A stretch of 64,000 nt of DNA from an uncultured Chloroflexia bacterium (GTDB lineage Bacteria; Chloroflexota; Limnocylindria; QHBO01), in assembly GCA_963827475.1 (NCBI GenBank), contig CAWHAZ010000004.1:160001-224000 (forward strand), in the 5' to 3' direction. Shown piece by piece: positions 47,380 to 58,611 of this stretch. How positions within the stretch are numbered: the first letter of the stretch is position 1; each line of letters opens with the position of its first letter. Under the pieces are notes generated by a model. That model saw only the letters and a program-made list of their open reading frames with translations, had not been told where the DNA came from and made no database searches. A program made the translations under genes and the position numbers.

Positions 47380-47745
47380 TTACGCCGAGGCGGGCTCGAG
47401 CACCAGCTGATCGCCGACCACCGTCCCGGTCGGCGCGACCGACCCCGACGGCAGTTCCAGGCAGTCACGCGCCCCACGGGCCCAGGCCACGATCCGCCAC
47501 GGGCGGAGCTGCTCGACGACCCGGACCACGCGGCCCGAGCCGTCGACGAAGACCGCATCGATCGCGAAGCGCATGAAGAACATGTGGATCGACGGCGAGC
47601 GTTCGATCCACAGCCCCTCTCCGGCAGGGAGCGACGGGCGGCCGAGCAGGCCCACCGTGCGGTCGCGGAGCGACCGGGCGACGAGGCACTGCTCGGCCAC
47701 CACCGTCCCCCGGGTCTCGTTGCGCACCCGCATCACGTCCGCCAT
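47380..47745 (-). CDS. DUF192 family protein
   Basis: R.VGLLGR, SIHMFFMRFAIDAVFVD, LRPWR, LELP. Confidence 0.88.
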   Translation of the reverse strand: MADVMRVRNETRGTVVAEQCLVARSLRDRTVGLLGRPSLPAGEGLWIERSPSIHMFFMRFAIDAVFVDGSGRVVRVVEQLRPWRIVAWARGARDCLELPSGSVAPTGTVVGDQLVLEPASA

Positions 47746-47773
47746 CCGCGGCGGATGCTACGCGGGCGGGCGG

Positions 47774-48962
47774 CTACTTGATGAGCTGAATCCCGACCGC
47801 GGAGAACGGTCCGGCCGTGCCGGGCGCCGGCCCGACGGTGGCGCCAGGACCGACGAAGCGGACGAACATGCCCTTCAGGCAGCTGGTCGCGCCGTTGCCC
47901 GTGTCGCAGTCGGCCTTGTTGTTGCCGTTGACGAACGCCCCCTTCGGATCTTCGAACAGGAACGCCACGAAGCGGTCGAGGTGGTACCACTGGTTCTGCC
48001 CGTTGCCGCCCACGTTCGGTGGCGGGCACGCGCCGACGCCGGTCCCGGGCGGCTCCATGTTGCACGTGGCGTCGAACATCGGGATCAGGACCGGGATCTG
48101 GTTGATGGCGTAGTAGTTCAGGGCATCCTCGACGCCGCTGCGAGTTGACGTTTCCGGTGCTCGGGACGTGGTACCAGCCTGGGACGGTGATCTGGTAGTC
48201 CAGCGTGCCGGGAGGTCCGATGGCGTCGATCAGCTCCGACGTTCCGCCGCCCGGCGGGTGCCAGTCCAGCCACCCGACGTTGCCGGGGCCGTTCTTGCAC
48301 AGCGGGATGGTGAACGGGATGTTGAAGTACGTTGGCTCGCCCCAGATCGAGGGCGGCACCGCCGGTGTGATGTCGCCGCTGCCGTCGCAGGTCACGACGT
48401 TCAGCGGGATGGTGACCGGAAGGATCGCGCAGTCGGAGGCGGACGGGCACACACCCTCGATGTAGCCCGCCACCGCGGTCGCATCCGCCAGGGTGGTCAG
48501 CGTCGGCCGGCCGATCACCTGCATCAGGAAGGTGTCGAACGTCTTCGAGGTCTCGGCCTGGACGCCGGCGGCATTGGGCGGAATCGCGCCCGCGCCCACC
48601 TCGGCAGCGGCTGCCGTGCTCGCGGCAGGTCCCCCGGCGCCGTCGAGCAGGTTGCCGAGGATGTCCGTGTACCACGCACCGACCTTGTCGACGCCGTTGG
48701 CCGCGACCGAGGCATCAACGGCGGCCAGCACGTCGGCATCGACGCGGGGCTCCCCGCTGAGACGCTCGGCCATCACCACGGCGCCGGCCTCGCTGACCGC
48801 GTCCGACGCGTTCTGGTTGTCTCGCTGCTGGCCCCAGGCCATGCCACCATCGACGACGAGGCCCATGGCGGCCACCATGACCAGGAAGCCAGCGGCGACG
48901 ATGACGAGGATCTGACCTCGGGGTTCAGCCTCGGGGTTCAGAGGACGGGCGGGATGAAACAC
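47774..48962 (-). CDS. tadG: TadG-like pseudopilin, cassette 1 (frameshift near 48140)
   Basis: RGQIL, GLVVDGG..W..QRDNQNA.DA..EAG; Cys-rich C-terminal domain, GNVGWLDW. Confidence 0.8.
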
Positions 48963-48986
48963 GGATGGAACTCCTTTGAAGACGGT

Positions 48987-49472
48987 TCATGGCCAAGGAC
49001 AGGTGAGCAAGGCGGGGTTGGTTGGATCAGGGCATGTGCGCTCGACCGGCATTTCGGTCGTGGACGACAGCGGGTTCGCGGCGAAGTACCCCGCGAGGAT
49101 CTGACCGATGACCGGGGTCGCCGGGGCGAAGTCGTAGATCGACCGTGACCGAGACGACGCAGCCGACGGCAATGGGGTCACCGGCGACCGGATCGCCGCA
49201 GCTCCCCCGCCGACCAGGTCGTAGACGGGCGTGACCGCGGCGTCGGTGAGGCCGAGTGAGACCGCCTGCTTGATGGCCTCCGCCTCGACGTCGGCATTGG
49301 TCTGGTTCACGATCGCGACCCGCGCCGATTCGCGCGAGGCGTTCGAGATCGTGTTGTAGGCGTAGACCGCCCGCCCGAGGTCGAAGAGTCCGAACAGGAT
49401 CAGCACGAAGACCGGGAGGACCAGCGCGAACTCCACCAGGCTCTGGCCGCGTTCGGACGACTGCCTGCGCAT
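48987..49472 (-). CDS. tadE: TadE-like pseudopilin, cassette 1 (internal compensating indels)
   Basis: RGQSLVEFALVLP, NASRESAR, TPVIG. Confidence 0.85.
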   Translation of the reverse strand: MRRQSSERGQSLVEFALVLPVFVLILFGLFDLGRAVYAYNTISNASRESARVAIVNQTNADVEAEAIKQAVSLGLTDAAVTPVYDLVGGGAAAIRSPVTPLPSAASSRSRSIYDFAPATPVIGQILAGYFAANPLSSTTEMPVERTCPDPTNPALLTCPWP

Positions 49473-49473
49473 G

Positions 49474-50240
49474 TCAGGGGCCCACCGATTCGATGGTCGC
49501 GTTGCACGGTCCCGACTGTCCGCCAACCAGCGGGGACTGGCTGCCGACGAAGTCTGGTTCGCTGTTGGCGGCCGGTTGACGACGAGCGTCGTCGTGAACC
49601 CGGCCAGCGCCCACTTGGCCTGGAGCGCGGGTTCGGGCTCTGCTTGATCGATGGTCGCCGATGAAGCTCGGCGCGGTGCACTGGGCTGGCGTGGGCGCCG
49701 GGGTCGCCGAGGGATCGGGCGTGGGCGTCGGGCTGCCTGCCGGGGACGGCGAGGGCAGCGTGGAGCCCGACGGGCACTCCCCCGATGAACCCACCGCGGA
49801 TCGGGAACACCGATTCGGCGCTGATGGTGATCACTCCGCCGACGATCTGCGAGACGAGCGGCGTGATGAGCGTGAACTGGCAGGTGAGCGTGACCTGGGC
49901 CGGATCACCGAGGTCGGTGCCGGCGCTGAACACGGGCGTCGGAAGGGTGCCCGGCAGCACGCAGTTCAGCGCATTGGCATCGGCCAGGATCTGGGCCTCG
50001 TAGTTCGCCTGTTGGGTCGAGTTGCCCGGCGTGCCCCAGGCGGTCGGGTGCGCGGCCGCGTAGCTGGCCCCGATCCGGCTGGCGTTGTTCAGGCCCACCC
50101 AGCCGAAGAAGACGCGGCCGAGGTCGAGGCCGAGCAAGCAGGACGAGCAGCAGGACCGGCAGGATGAGGGCCATTTCGACCAGCGCCTGCCCACGGCGGG
50201 AGCGACCGGAGGTGCGACCGAGTATTCGAGACAGAAACAT
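49474..50240 (-). CDS. tadE: TadE-like pseudopilin with Pro/Thr linker and PASTA-like domain, cassette 1 (frameshifted)
   Basis: RGQALVEMALILP; paralog of 52247..52985. Confidence 0.78.
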
Positions 50241-50327
50241 GAGGCGAATCCGAAATAAGGACGGTTAGCCGGATGAGGACGAGTCTCAGCCGATTGGGCT
50301 ATGAGTCCGCCCGAAAGTACCACCCTG

Positions 50328-50346
50328 ACCTTGCCGTGCACCTTGC
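50328..50346. promoter_or_regulatory. CCTTGC direct repeat (12-bp period) upstream of cassette 1
   Basis: ACCTTGC-cgtgc-ACCTTGC; adjacent TG-G-TACTTT -10 on the minus strand. Confidence 0.55.
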
Positions 50347-50427
50347 AGCACCGGATATTCCGTTGGCCGCAGGCAACGGCGGCCTTCGTCAATCGCGCCC
50401 ACCGCCAGGTCGCTTGGCTGGGGACCG

Positions 50428-50462
50428 AGCAGAACGACACCGCTCGGGCGAGAGCGGTGTCG
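50428..50462 (-). terminator. hairpin terminator between cassettes 2 and 1
   Basis: 11-bp stem CGACACCGCTC/GAGCGGTGTCG followed by TTCTGCT, 40 nt after the cassette 2 stop. Confidence 0.55.
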
Positions 50463-50502
50463 CGGCTGATGTGGACGGCCCGGACGGGTTCCGGGCGGTG
50501 GG

Positions 50503-51759
50503 CTACTTGATCAGCTGGATCCCCACGGCGGCGTTCGCGCCGGGCTGCCCATTACCGGCTCCGACCGTGGCGCCGGGTCCCACGTACTTCACGAACATGC
50601 CCTTCAGGCAGGACGGTGGCCCCGTTGCCGGTGTCGCACTCAGGCTTGTTGCTGCCGGAGATGTACGCGCCCTTCGGGGCGTCCATCAGGAACGACACGA
50701 ATCGGTCGAGGTGATACCACTGGTTCGAGCCATTGCCACCGACGTTCGCGGGCGGACATCGCTCGATGTCGCTCACGCCCGGGGCTGGGCGGGTCGGGCT
50801 CGGTGTTGCAGGTGGCGTCGAACATCGGGATCAGCGCCGGAATCTGGTTCTGGGCGTAGTAGTTCAGCGCGTCCTCGACACCGCTGCTGTTCACGTTGCC
50901 GGTGGAGGTGACGTAGAACCACCCAGGCACTGACATCTCGTTGTTCGTGGCCGGTGGGCCGATCGCGGTCACGAGCTCGCTCGTTCCCCCAGCCGTCGGA
51001 GTCCAGTCCAGCCAGCCGACGTTTCCGGGGTTGTTCTTGCACAGCGGGATGGTCATGTGGAGGGACCAGTCCAGGACACCGTCGCCGTCGGGATCGAGCC
51101 ATTCCCGGACCGGGTTCGACAGCATCGACTCACCACTGCCGTCGCAGGTCGTGATGCTGAGCGGGATCGTCACCGGCAGGACGTAGCAGTCGCCGGTCGC
51201 GGGGCACACCCCGTCGATGTAGCCCGAAACAGCGGTCGCATCGGCCACCGTGCTCAGGGTGTCGAAGCCGATGACCCCCACCAGGAACGTCTCAAAATCC
51301 TTGCGGGTCTCGACCTGGACGCCGAGGCGGACATCGGCCTGGAGGGTCCCCGCATTGGGGCAGAAGGACAGCGGGATCAGTCCGCCACCCACCTCGGCAG
51401 CGTCCGCCCTCGCCACCGGCGCGCCGGCGGCGTTGACGGGATCACCGTTGCAGTTCGCGTACCAGGCCCCGACCAGCGTGACGCCGTTCGCGGTGACCGA
51501 TCCATCGACAGCGGCGAGGACGTCGGCATCGGTTCGCAGCTTCCCCGGTCAGCTTCTCGGCGAGCACGACGGCTCCCGCTTCGCTGGCCGCGTCGGCGGC
51601 GTTCTGGTTGTCACGCTGCTGGCCCCACGCGTACCCGCCGTCGACGACGAGCCCGGTCATCGCGACCATGATGACCAGCGCGGCGGCGACGATGATCAGG
51701 ATCTGACCGCGGGGCTCGTCTTCGGCCCGCGTGCGGGGAGGTCGGTGGAGGAAGAACAT
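50503..51759 (-). CDS. tadG: TadG-like pseudopilin, cassette 2 (frameshifted)
   Basis: EPRGQILII, GLVVDGG.AWGQQRDNQNA; colinear paralog of 47774..48962, both ending GIQLIK. Confidence 0.8.
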
Positions 51760-51782
51760 GATGATGGCTCCTATGGGTTCGG

Positions 51783-52250
51783 TCACGGCCACGGGCACGT
51801 GAGCAGGGAGGGATTATTGGAGTCGGGACAGGTGCGTTCGACCGGCATCTCGGTCGTGGACGAAATCGTGAATGGACCGATGATCTGGCCGATCACCGGG
51901 GTCGCGGCGACGAACGTGTACTGGACGGTGACCGCGGCCCGACAGGTGACCCCGAACGGAGCGGTGCAGTCTCCGGTCCCGCTCGGGTCGCCGTAGGAGA
52001 TCGTCACCTCGGCCGGCGTGAGGCCGAGACCGACCCCTTGCTTCAGCGCTTCGGCCTCGATATCAGCCTCGGTCTGGTTCACGATCGCGATCCGCACCGA
52101 CTCGCGCGATGCATTGGAGACCGTGTTGAACGCGAACACCGCGCGGCCGAGGTCGAACAGACCGATCAGCAGCAGGATGAACACCGGAAAGACGAGCGCA
52201 AACTCGACCAGGCTCTGGCCCTTTGCCGAACGCGTCGCGAGCCTGCTCAT
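51783..52250 (-). CDS. tadE: TadE-like pseudopilin, cassette 2
   Basis: KGQSLVEFALVFP, NASRES; ends STTEMPVERTCPD..LLTCPWP like the cassette 1 copy. Confidence 0.87.
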   Translation of the reverse strand: MSRLATRSAKGQSLVEFALVFPVFILLLIGLFDLGRAVFAFNTVSNASRESVRIAIVNQTEADIEAEALKQGVGLGLTPAEVTISYGDPSGTGDCTAPFGVTCRAAVTVQYTFVAATPVIGQIIGPFTISSTTEMPVERTCPDSNNPSLLTCPWP

Positions 52251-52985
52251 GTCCCGTACACCGTCATGTTGCGTCGTGTTGCAGTTGGCCGGCTGCCCGC
52301 CCACAGTCGACTGGTTGGTGATCGTGTAGTTCCCGTTCGGGGGACGGGTGACGGTCACCGTCGTGGTGAAGCCGGCCGCGAACCAGATGCTCTGCGCGTC
52401 ATTGACCTTGGCGCCGACGAAGCTCGGAATCTGACACGGAACCGGCGTCGGGGCCGGCGTCGCGGATGGGTCTGGTGTCGCGGTGGGGGACGGGCTCGGG
52501 CTCGGCGTCGGCACCGGGCTGCTCAGCGGGGTGGTGCCCGCCAGGCCAGCGCGAATCGGGAACACCGTATCGGCCTGGATGGTGATCGTGTTGCCCAGGA
52601 GCTGGGACACGACGGGCGTGAGCAGGGTGAAGGTGCAGGACAGCGTCACCTGGGCGGTGTCGCCCAGGTCGGTACCTGCGGCGAAAGCCGGGTCGGGAAG
52701 CGTTCCCGGAAGCGTGCAGTTCAGGGCCGCTGCGTCGGCGAGGATCTGGGCCTCGTAGCTGTCGCGCTCCGTCGCGCTGCCCGGGCTGCCCCACGCGGTG
52801 GGGTGGGCGGCGGCGTAGCTGGCGCCGATGCGGCTCGCATTCGTGAGGCCGACCCAGCCGAAGAACACCCGACCGAAGTCGAGCCCGAGCAGGATGATCA
52901 GCAGCAGGACAGGGACGATGAGCGCGAACTCGACCAGCCCCTGGCCGCGACTTGATCGGCGCATGCGACGGCGCAATCGATTCAT
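52247..52985 (-). CDS. tadE: TadE-like pseudopilin with Pro/Thr linker and PASTA-like domain, cassette 2
   Basis: RGQGLVEFALIVP; PTPSPSP linker; CQIPSFVGAKVNDAQ.IW.AAGF...ITNQS. Confidence 0.82.
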
Positions 52986-53006
52986 GCCCGGAGTATCCCG
53001 GGCAGC

Positions 53007-53025
53007 ACCTTGCAGGCCGCCTGAC
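53007..53025. promoter_or_regulatory. CCTTGC-type direct repeat upstream of cassette 2
   Basis: ACCTTGC-aggcc-GCCTGAC (12-bp period), 21 nt upstream of the ATG. Confidence 0.45.
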
Positions 53026-53091
53026 AGCGGGTAGTACCTTGGGTAAGCCTCCGGGGAGGGACTTTCGGCCCGGCACCCTCGCTGTGGAGCG

Positions 53092-54617
53092 TTACCGGGT
53101 CGCTTCTCCGTCCGCCTCGGGCTCGGTGGGCTCGCGCCGGGAGGGTGATCGTGAAGGTCGCCCCTTCGCCCGGCTCGCCGGAGAGGGTCAAGTGGCCATG
53201 CATGGCCTCGACCAGGCCGCGAGCGGCGTACAGACCGATGCCGCTGCCGTCGGGCACCATCTGCCGTGCGTGCTCGCCTCGAAAGAACTGGTCGAAGGCC
53301 CGCTCGCGATCCTCGGCCGCGATCCCCGGCCCGGCATCGGTCACCGTCAGCTGGCTGACGAGGTCGCCAGTTGGGGCCGTCGCGCCCGGTCAGCCGGACG
53401 CGGATCTGGGTGCCTGCGGGCGAGTACTTCACCGCGTTGTCGAACAGCGCCCACAGCACCTGCTCGAAACGGTCCGGATCGCCGACGACGAGGTGCGGCT
53501 CGCCATCGGCGTCGAACTCGAGTTGATGGCTGGTGTTGCGGAGGGCATCCCACGTCCGCCTGACAATCGGCTCGGCGCGGAAGATCTCCTGACGCGACTC
53601 GAGCGCCCCGGCCTCGAGCCGGGAGACGGCCAGCAGCTGACCGACCATTCGGCGCAACCGGTCGGCCTGGTGACCGATGGCCTCCAGGTCGGAACGGGCC
53701 TGGGCGTTGAGCTTGGCCTCCTGGCCGATGTCGGCGGCCAGGGCCCGGATGCTGGTCAGCGGAGTCTGCAGGTCGTGGGTGATGCCGCGCAGGAAGTCGC
53801 TCTGGACCGCCGCCAGGCGGTTCAGCTCATCGGTCTGGGCCTGGAGGCGGGCGTAGAGCAGCGAGTGCTCCAGGGCCGAGGCCGCGACCTGGGCGATCAG
53901 GCTCAGCAGGTTCCGCTCCGCGGGCGAGGGCTCCGGACGCCCCTCCCACGGGGCGAGGAGAAGGCCGGTGAGCTCCTCGGGGCTCGAGACGTCGACCACG
54001 ACCACCGCGCCCCACGGACCGATGAGGTGCCGCGGCTGCAGGCGCTCGGGCTCGCCGGTGACCGCCGCCCACTGCTCCAGCTCGTCCACCGCCCGGGCCG
54101 GCGTGGCCGGATCCGCGTCGTACACCCCGGCCGGCAGGGCGGTCGGGTCGGCCGCGTGGAGCACGACGAGCAGCCAGGTCGGGTCGCCGGTCACCTGGCG
54201 GGCGACCTCCACCACCCGCGCCGCGACCTCCACCGGTCCGCCGGTGATCGGGGCGGCCGCCACGTCGGCGGCGAGGGTGGCGATCTGGCGGTTGCGCTCG
54301 TCGAGCGCGCTCCGCAGCTGACGCTGGACGGCGCCCAGGTCGTCCGTGGCGGCCTCGGGGCCGTCCGTCCCGCCCCCGCGGGTCGCGATGCTCACCACCT
54401 CCTGGAGGTCGCGCGAGGCGGCCCGGGCCGTCAGGCTCGCCACCAGGGCGCCCCAGGCCAGCGTCGCCAGCCCGATCAGCAGGAATGCGGTTGCGAACCC
54501 CACCTCGGCGATCCAGGCGTCGGCGTAGGCCAGGACGAGGGCCAGGGCGGCGAGGCCGGGCAGGGCGACGACCGCGATGACGGCAAACAGGCGGAGCGAG
54601 GCCTGGCCGAGTCCCAC
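53092..54617 (-). CDS. membrane sensor histidine kinase (2 TM, GAF-like, HisKA, HATPase; frameshifted near the C-terminus)
   Basis: ITHDLQTPLTSI (H-box), DNAVKYS; D.GPGI and GSGIGL in the shifted frame 52982..53344. Confidence 0.88.
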
Positions 54618-54743
54618 CGGCGCTCAGTCGCTCAGCGGATCCGGGGCCGCGGGACGTGGCGAGGCCCCCGGCGCCCGTTCATGACTCGCATGATAGGCAC
54701 TCCCAGGGGCCCCGGACCGATGCGCCCCCGTGGACGCGTCGGT

Positions 54744-57285
54744 CTACGGCACGACCAGGTGGACCGGGTTGCCCCGGAGGGTCACCTGCCAGGTGGTCAG
54801 GTCGAACGCGTTGTCCGCGGTGGACCCGCCCATGTCGTACTGGATCTTCCACCAGTTGTCATCGAGGGTCCCGGGCGCGTCGCCGTCGTAGTTGCTGGGG
54901 ATGACGACGACGATCGTCAGCCAGCACCCGTTGTACTGCGAGCTGCCACCGGTATTGGTGGTGATGAACGGGTCCAGCGGTCCGGGCGGACCCACGGTGT
55001 CATCGGTCCGTCCGTTGCAGTTCGTGGCGCCGGACGCGACGGCGGTCGCCGTGAAGTCCATGTCGGCGTTGTTGTACACGCCGCCGTTGGGGTAGAGGAT
55101 CCGCAGGTCGGCCGACAGGTTGCCGGTGTCGCCCGGGTCCCACAGCCGGATCTCCAGGCTCTTGCCGGCGTGGACCGGCTCGATCTCGGCCAGGTAGAAC
55201 TGGGCCGACCCGCCGCCACGGAGCGGCGTGAAGGCCTGCATCGCCCCCAGGCCGTACACCTTCGGCGCATTGGGGCACGGGGTGCCGCTGCACCACGCCC
55301 GGGTCCAGATCGCGAACGAGTTGTGCCCGTTCGCGTTGTCCATGGCGGTCGCGCTGGACGGGTTGGTCGAGCGCGTGTGCAGGCGGTAGGTGTTTCCGCC
55401 GGTCATCGGGAGGGTCGGCGGGGTGGTCGGTCCGCCGGACAGCAGCGGGAAGGGCTGCTCGGCCGTCGCGGGGACCTCCTCCCCGGCGCTGCCGTTGACG
55501 AACGGCTGCAACGGGTACCAGCGGTTGTGCCAGAAGCGGCCGTCGGACAGGCTGCTGGTCGCACCCTGGCTGCAGGACGTGGCGACTGGTCCTGAGCCGC
55601 CGCCGAACAGCGAGTCGTCGTCGGCCTGCTGGTTGACGAACAGGTTGTGCGCCCGCGAGACGACCGAGTCGTCACCCAGGTCGAACGGCGTGTTCGAGGT
55701 GTTGTAGAGCGTGTAGTAGGCGCTCGTGGCCGCGGTCGAGCCGCCGAACCAGCGGTCGCCGGTGCCGTACTGGCCGCCGGTGTCGGTCGCGCAGAACGCC
55801 GGGTCGAAGATCCACACCTCCCCGGCGGTCGCCCCAGCTGGCATCTCGACCGCGTAGTTGTAGTACTGGTTCGGGTTGTACTCCGCGTTCTGGGCCGAGG
55901 TGCGCGGATCCCACTTCGGCAGGTAGGCGTCGCCGTTCACCTTCTCCGCCCCCTGGTTGATGAAGGTGCCCCACAGGCCTCGGGCGTTCAGGGCGTTGTT
56001 GTACGGGCTGACCACCACCGGGTCCGGGACCCAGGTGAAGGTCGTGTAGTGGACGACCACCTGGACCAGGTCGATGTACACCTCGCCGGCCACCGCACCG
56101 GTCGGCGGGCCGTCAGGTCCAGGCGGGTCAGCGGGCTGGCCCGGGCTCAACACGCTGCAGTTCAGCGGGTCGTTGTTCCACAGCCGGACCCGGAAGTTCG
56201 TGCTCTCGATCTCGGCCCGGGTCCAGGTGCGGCCCCACGTGTCGCTCGACCCACCGAGGACGACGTACGGCGAGCCGGTCGGCTCGACACCGGTCAAGGC
56301 AAGGGTCTTGTCGCCGGTGCCCGCGCCGGTCGTGTTCTGGGTGCCACCGGAGCCGGCGGCGCCCCACATCAGGTCGACGTTGATCGTGCAGCCGGCGACG
56401 TCGGTGGCGAAGCCCTCGATCCGCACCTCGATCCCCGCGATCCGGTGCCCCGGGTAGGCCGGCGCCGGCGCGGGCGGGTTCGCCGGGTTCGCGGGCAGCG
56501 CGAAGCCGAGGTTGCCGAGGCACACCCGGTTGTTGGCGGTTTCCGACCGGATCCACTGGTTGTTGCTGCTGTTCACGCGGTCGTCGAGCGTGCTGGCGGC
56601 CGGTGCTCCGGGTGCCGGGAACTGGCCCCACTGGATGGTGGGCGTGACGCCGGTGGTCGTGGCGCAGCTGCCCGCGTTGTCGGTCGGGCTCGTGCTCGTG
56701 CTCGTCGTCGACGACGAGATCACGCCGGCCGAGGTGCGCGGGCCCGCCACGGCCGGGGCGTTCCCCTGCCAGACGCCGCCACTCGGCGTCCGGATCTGGC
56801 CGAACACGCCGTAGTAGTTCTCCGGGCTGCCCATCGGCACCGGCAGGATGAACTCGGCCTTCGAGTCACGGGTGACCTGGACCTGGTCGAAGCCGAAGAC
56901 CTGCATGAAGAACGTCTCGATCGGGGTCGAGACGGTGACCAGCATCCGCCGCGGATCGGCGGGGTCAGGGCGCGGGTAGACGTCGATGCCGCCGTTCGGC
57001 GCCAGCAGGGAGCCGTCGCCGTCCTGGTACCCGTTCTTCCGCGACTCCTCGTGGGCCGAGGTGTTGGCCCCCGGGATGTTGCCGGGCAGGAACACGACGC
57101 CGGCCAGGGCGGCCGCATCGGCGGCGCGCTGGACCTTGAGCTCGTTGACCCAGATCCAGGCCAGGTCGACGACGAACGCCGCGGTCCCGAGCAGGAAGGT
57201 GAGGAGCAGGGCGAAGAGGACGAGGACCTGTCCGCGCGGGCGGCGCTCCCTGGATGGCAGTGCCGCGGCGGTGTCGTGTGGTCAC
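54744..57285 (-). CDS. tadG: large TadG-like pilus tip/adhesin protein, cassette 3 (about 845 aa; indel near 57240-57280)
   Basis: RGQVLVLFALL..FVVDLAW..VQRAADAAALAG, TFFMQVFG; long secreted beta-rich, Cys-containing region. Confidence 0.8.
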
Positions 57286-57295
57286 AGGAGAGGCC

Positions 57296-57918
57296 TCAGA
57301 GGCTCGTGGGGTTGAGCTCGAACACCGTGAAGTCGTACATCCCGATGTCGAGCAGGTTGATCAAGCGCGGCCAGGGGAGTCCGCGAGAAGTAGGTGTAGG
57401 TGACGCTGACGCCGATCGAGTCGGGCGTGCTGGAGTTCTGGCGCTCGGTGCAGGCGTCCCACTCCTGGGAGCCGAGCACCGGGCTGAAGTCGAGCGGGAC
57501 CCCGTCCACCGTGGGGCCGGCGCCGGGGGTGTAGACCCAGACGTTCGACGCGTCGTCACCGGCCCCGCCGACGTCCTCGCGGCCGTCCGGCTCGCTGCCG
57601 ACCAGGTCGGCCTCGAAGATCCGGATCTCGCTGACCTCTTCGATTTCGATGTTCGAGTCGCTGCTCTCGAGGATGCGCTGGGCGGCCGCGATGACCTCGT
57701 TGTCCACCGTCAGGCATCCCGGCATGCCGCCGCCATCGGCCAGGGCGGAACCGACGCGCGCCGCCTCGCGGCTTGCGTACTGGAGGGTCAGCTTGTGGTC
57801 CATGACGAAGCCGAACTCCAGCGTGCCCGAGCACGATGAGCAGGAGCACGGGGAGGATGAGCGCCATCTCGAGGGTCGCCTGCCCCCGCGAGACGCCCTC
57901 GCGTCGCAGCCGGCTCAC
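57296..57918 (-). CDS. tadE: TadE-like pseudopilin, cassette 3 (frameshifted)
   Basis: RGQATLEMALILP, YASREAARVG, IGVSVTYTY..RTP. Confidence 0.8.
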
Positions 57919-58502
57919 AGCACCGGCTCCATGCGCATCACGTTGGCGTGGGTCAGGGTGAAGCCGGGGCCGCCGAAGGTGATGATCTGGGCCATCGGCG
58001 TGACCCAGGTGTAGGCGTAGGTGATCGAGACGCCGACGTTGTCCAGCTCGGTGTGGCCCGGGTCCTCGGGGCAGCCGGCCAGGACCGAGCAGCGCTCGTT
58101 CTCGGGGTAGTTGCTGCCCCCCTGGAGGGTGTACGGGATGGCGACCGTCGAGCCGTCGGGTTGGGTGCAGTTCGTCGACCCACTCCGCGCGTAGACGTTG
58201 GCGCCCAGCTCCGCGCCCTGGCTGTCGGCCCAGTAGATGCGGACCTGCGAGATCTTCACCCGCGACGCGGGCGGCATCACGTCCGCCTCGATGCTGGACA
58301 GGATCACGCAGTCCGAGCCGACGTCCTCACCGGCCTCTGCCGCGAGCAGGGCCGCGTCGCGGCTGGCGAAGTTCACGCTCAGCAGCGCGTTGAACGCGAG
58401 CGAGAATTCGATGAGGCCGACGATCAACAGGATGAAGATCGGGAAGACCAGGGCGAACTCGACCATGGTTTGCCCGCGCGGAGATTCCTTCCGTCGCACC
58501 AC
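57915..58502 (-). CDS. tadE: TadE-like pseudopilin, cassette 3
   Basis: RGQTMVEFALVFP, ASRDAA, VGVSITYAYTWVTP, MRMEPVL. Confidence 0.87.
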   Translation of the reverse strand: MVRRKESPRGQTMVEFALVFPIFILLIVGLIEFSLAFNALLSVNFASRDAALLAAEAGEDVGSDCVILSSIEADVMPPASRVKISQVRIYWADSQGAELGANVYARSGSTNCTQPDGSTVAIPYTLQGGSNYPENERCSVLAGCPEDPGHTELDNVGVSITYAYTWVTPMAQIITFGGPGFTLTHANVMRMEPVL

Positions 58503-58611
58503 GACAGAATCCGTCGCGCCGTGCAGAAAAGCGCTCACCGGAAGGTACCGGGAGCGGCCGTACGGCTGGATGGGCCTTGCAGGAACACTGCCGCAGAAAC
58601 GTATCGACGGC

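Noticed and set aside
50241-50502. c-di-GMP or other known riboswitch upstream of the pilin cassette
   Set aside because: I could not find the conserved motifs by eye; the hairpins are explained as a terminator. An Rfam scan would settle it.
51783-54617. 944-aa apparent histidine kinase-TadE-TadE fusion in the ORF track
   Set aside because: The kinase G-boxes lie in another frame, the joining segment is non-protein-like and crosses a promoter-like spacer, and each TadE has its own N-terminal prepilin signal. It is an artefact of indels.
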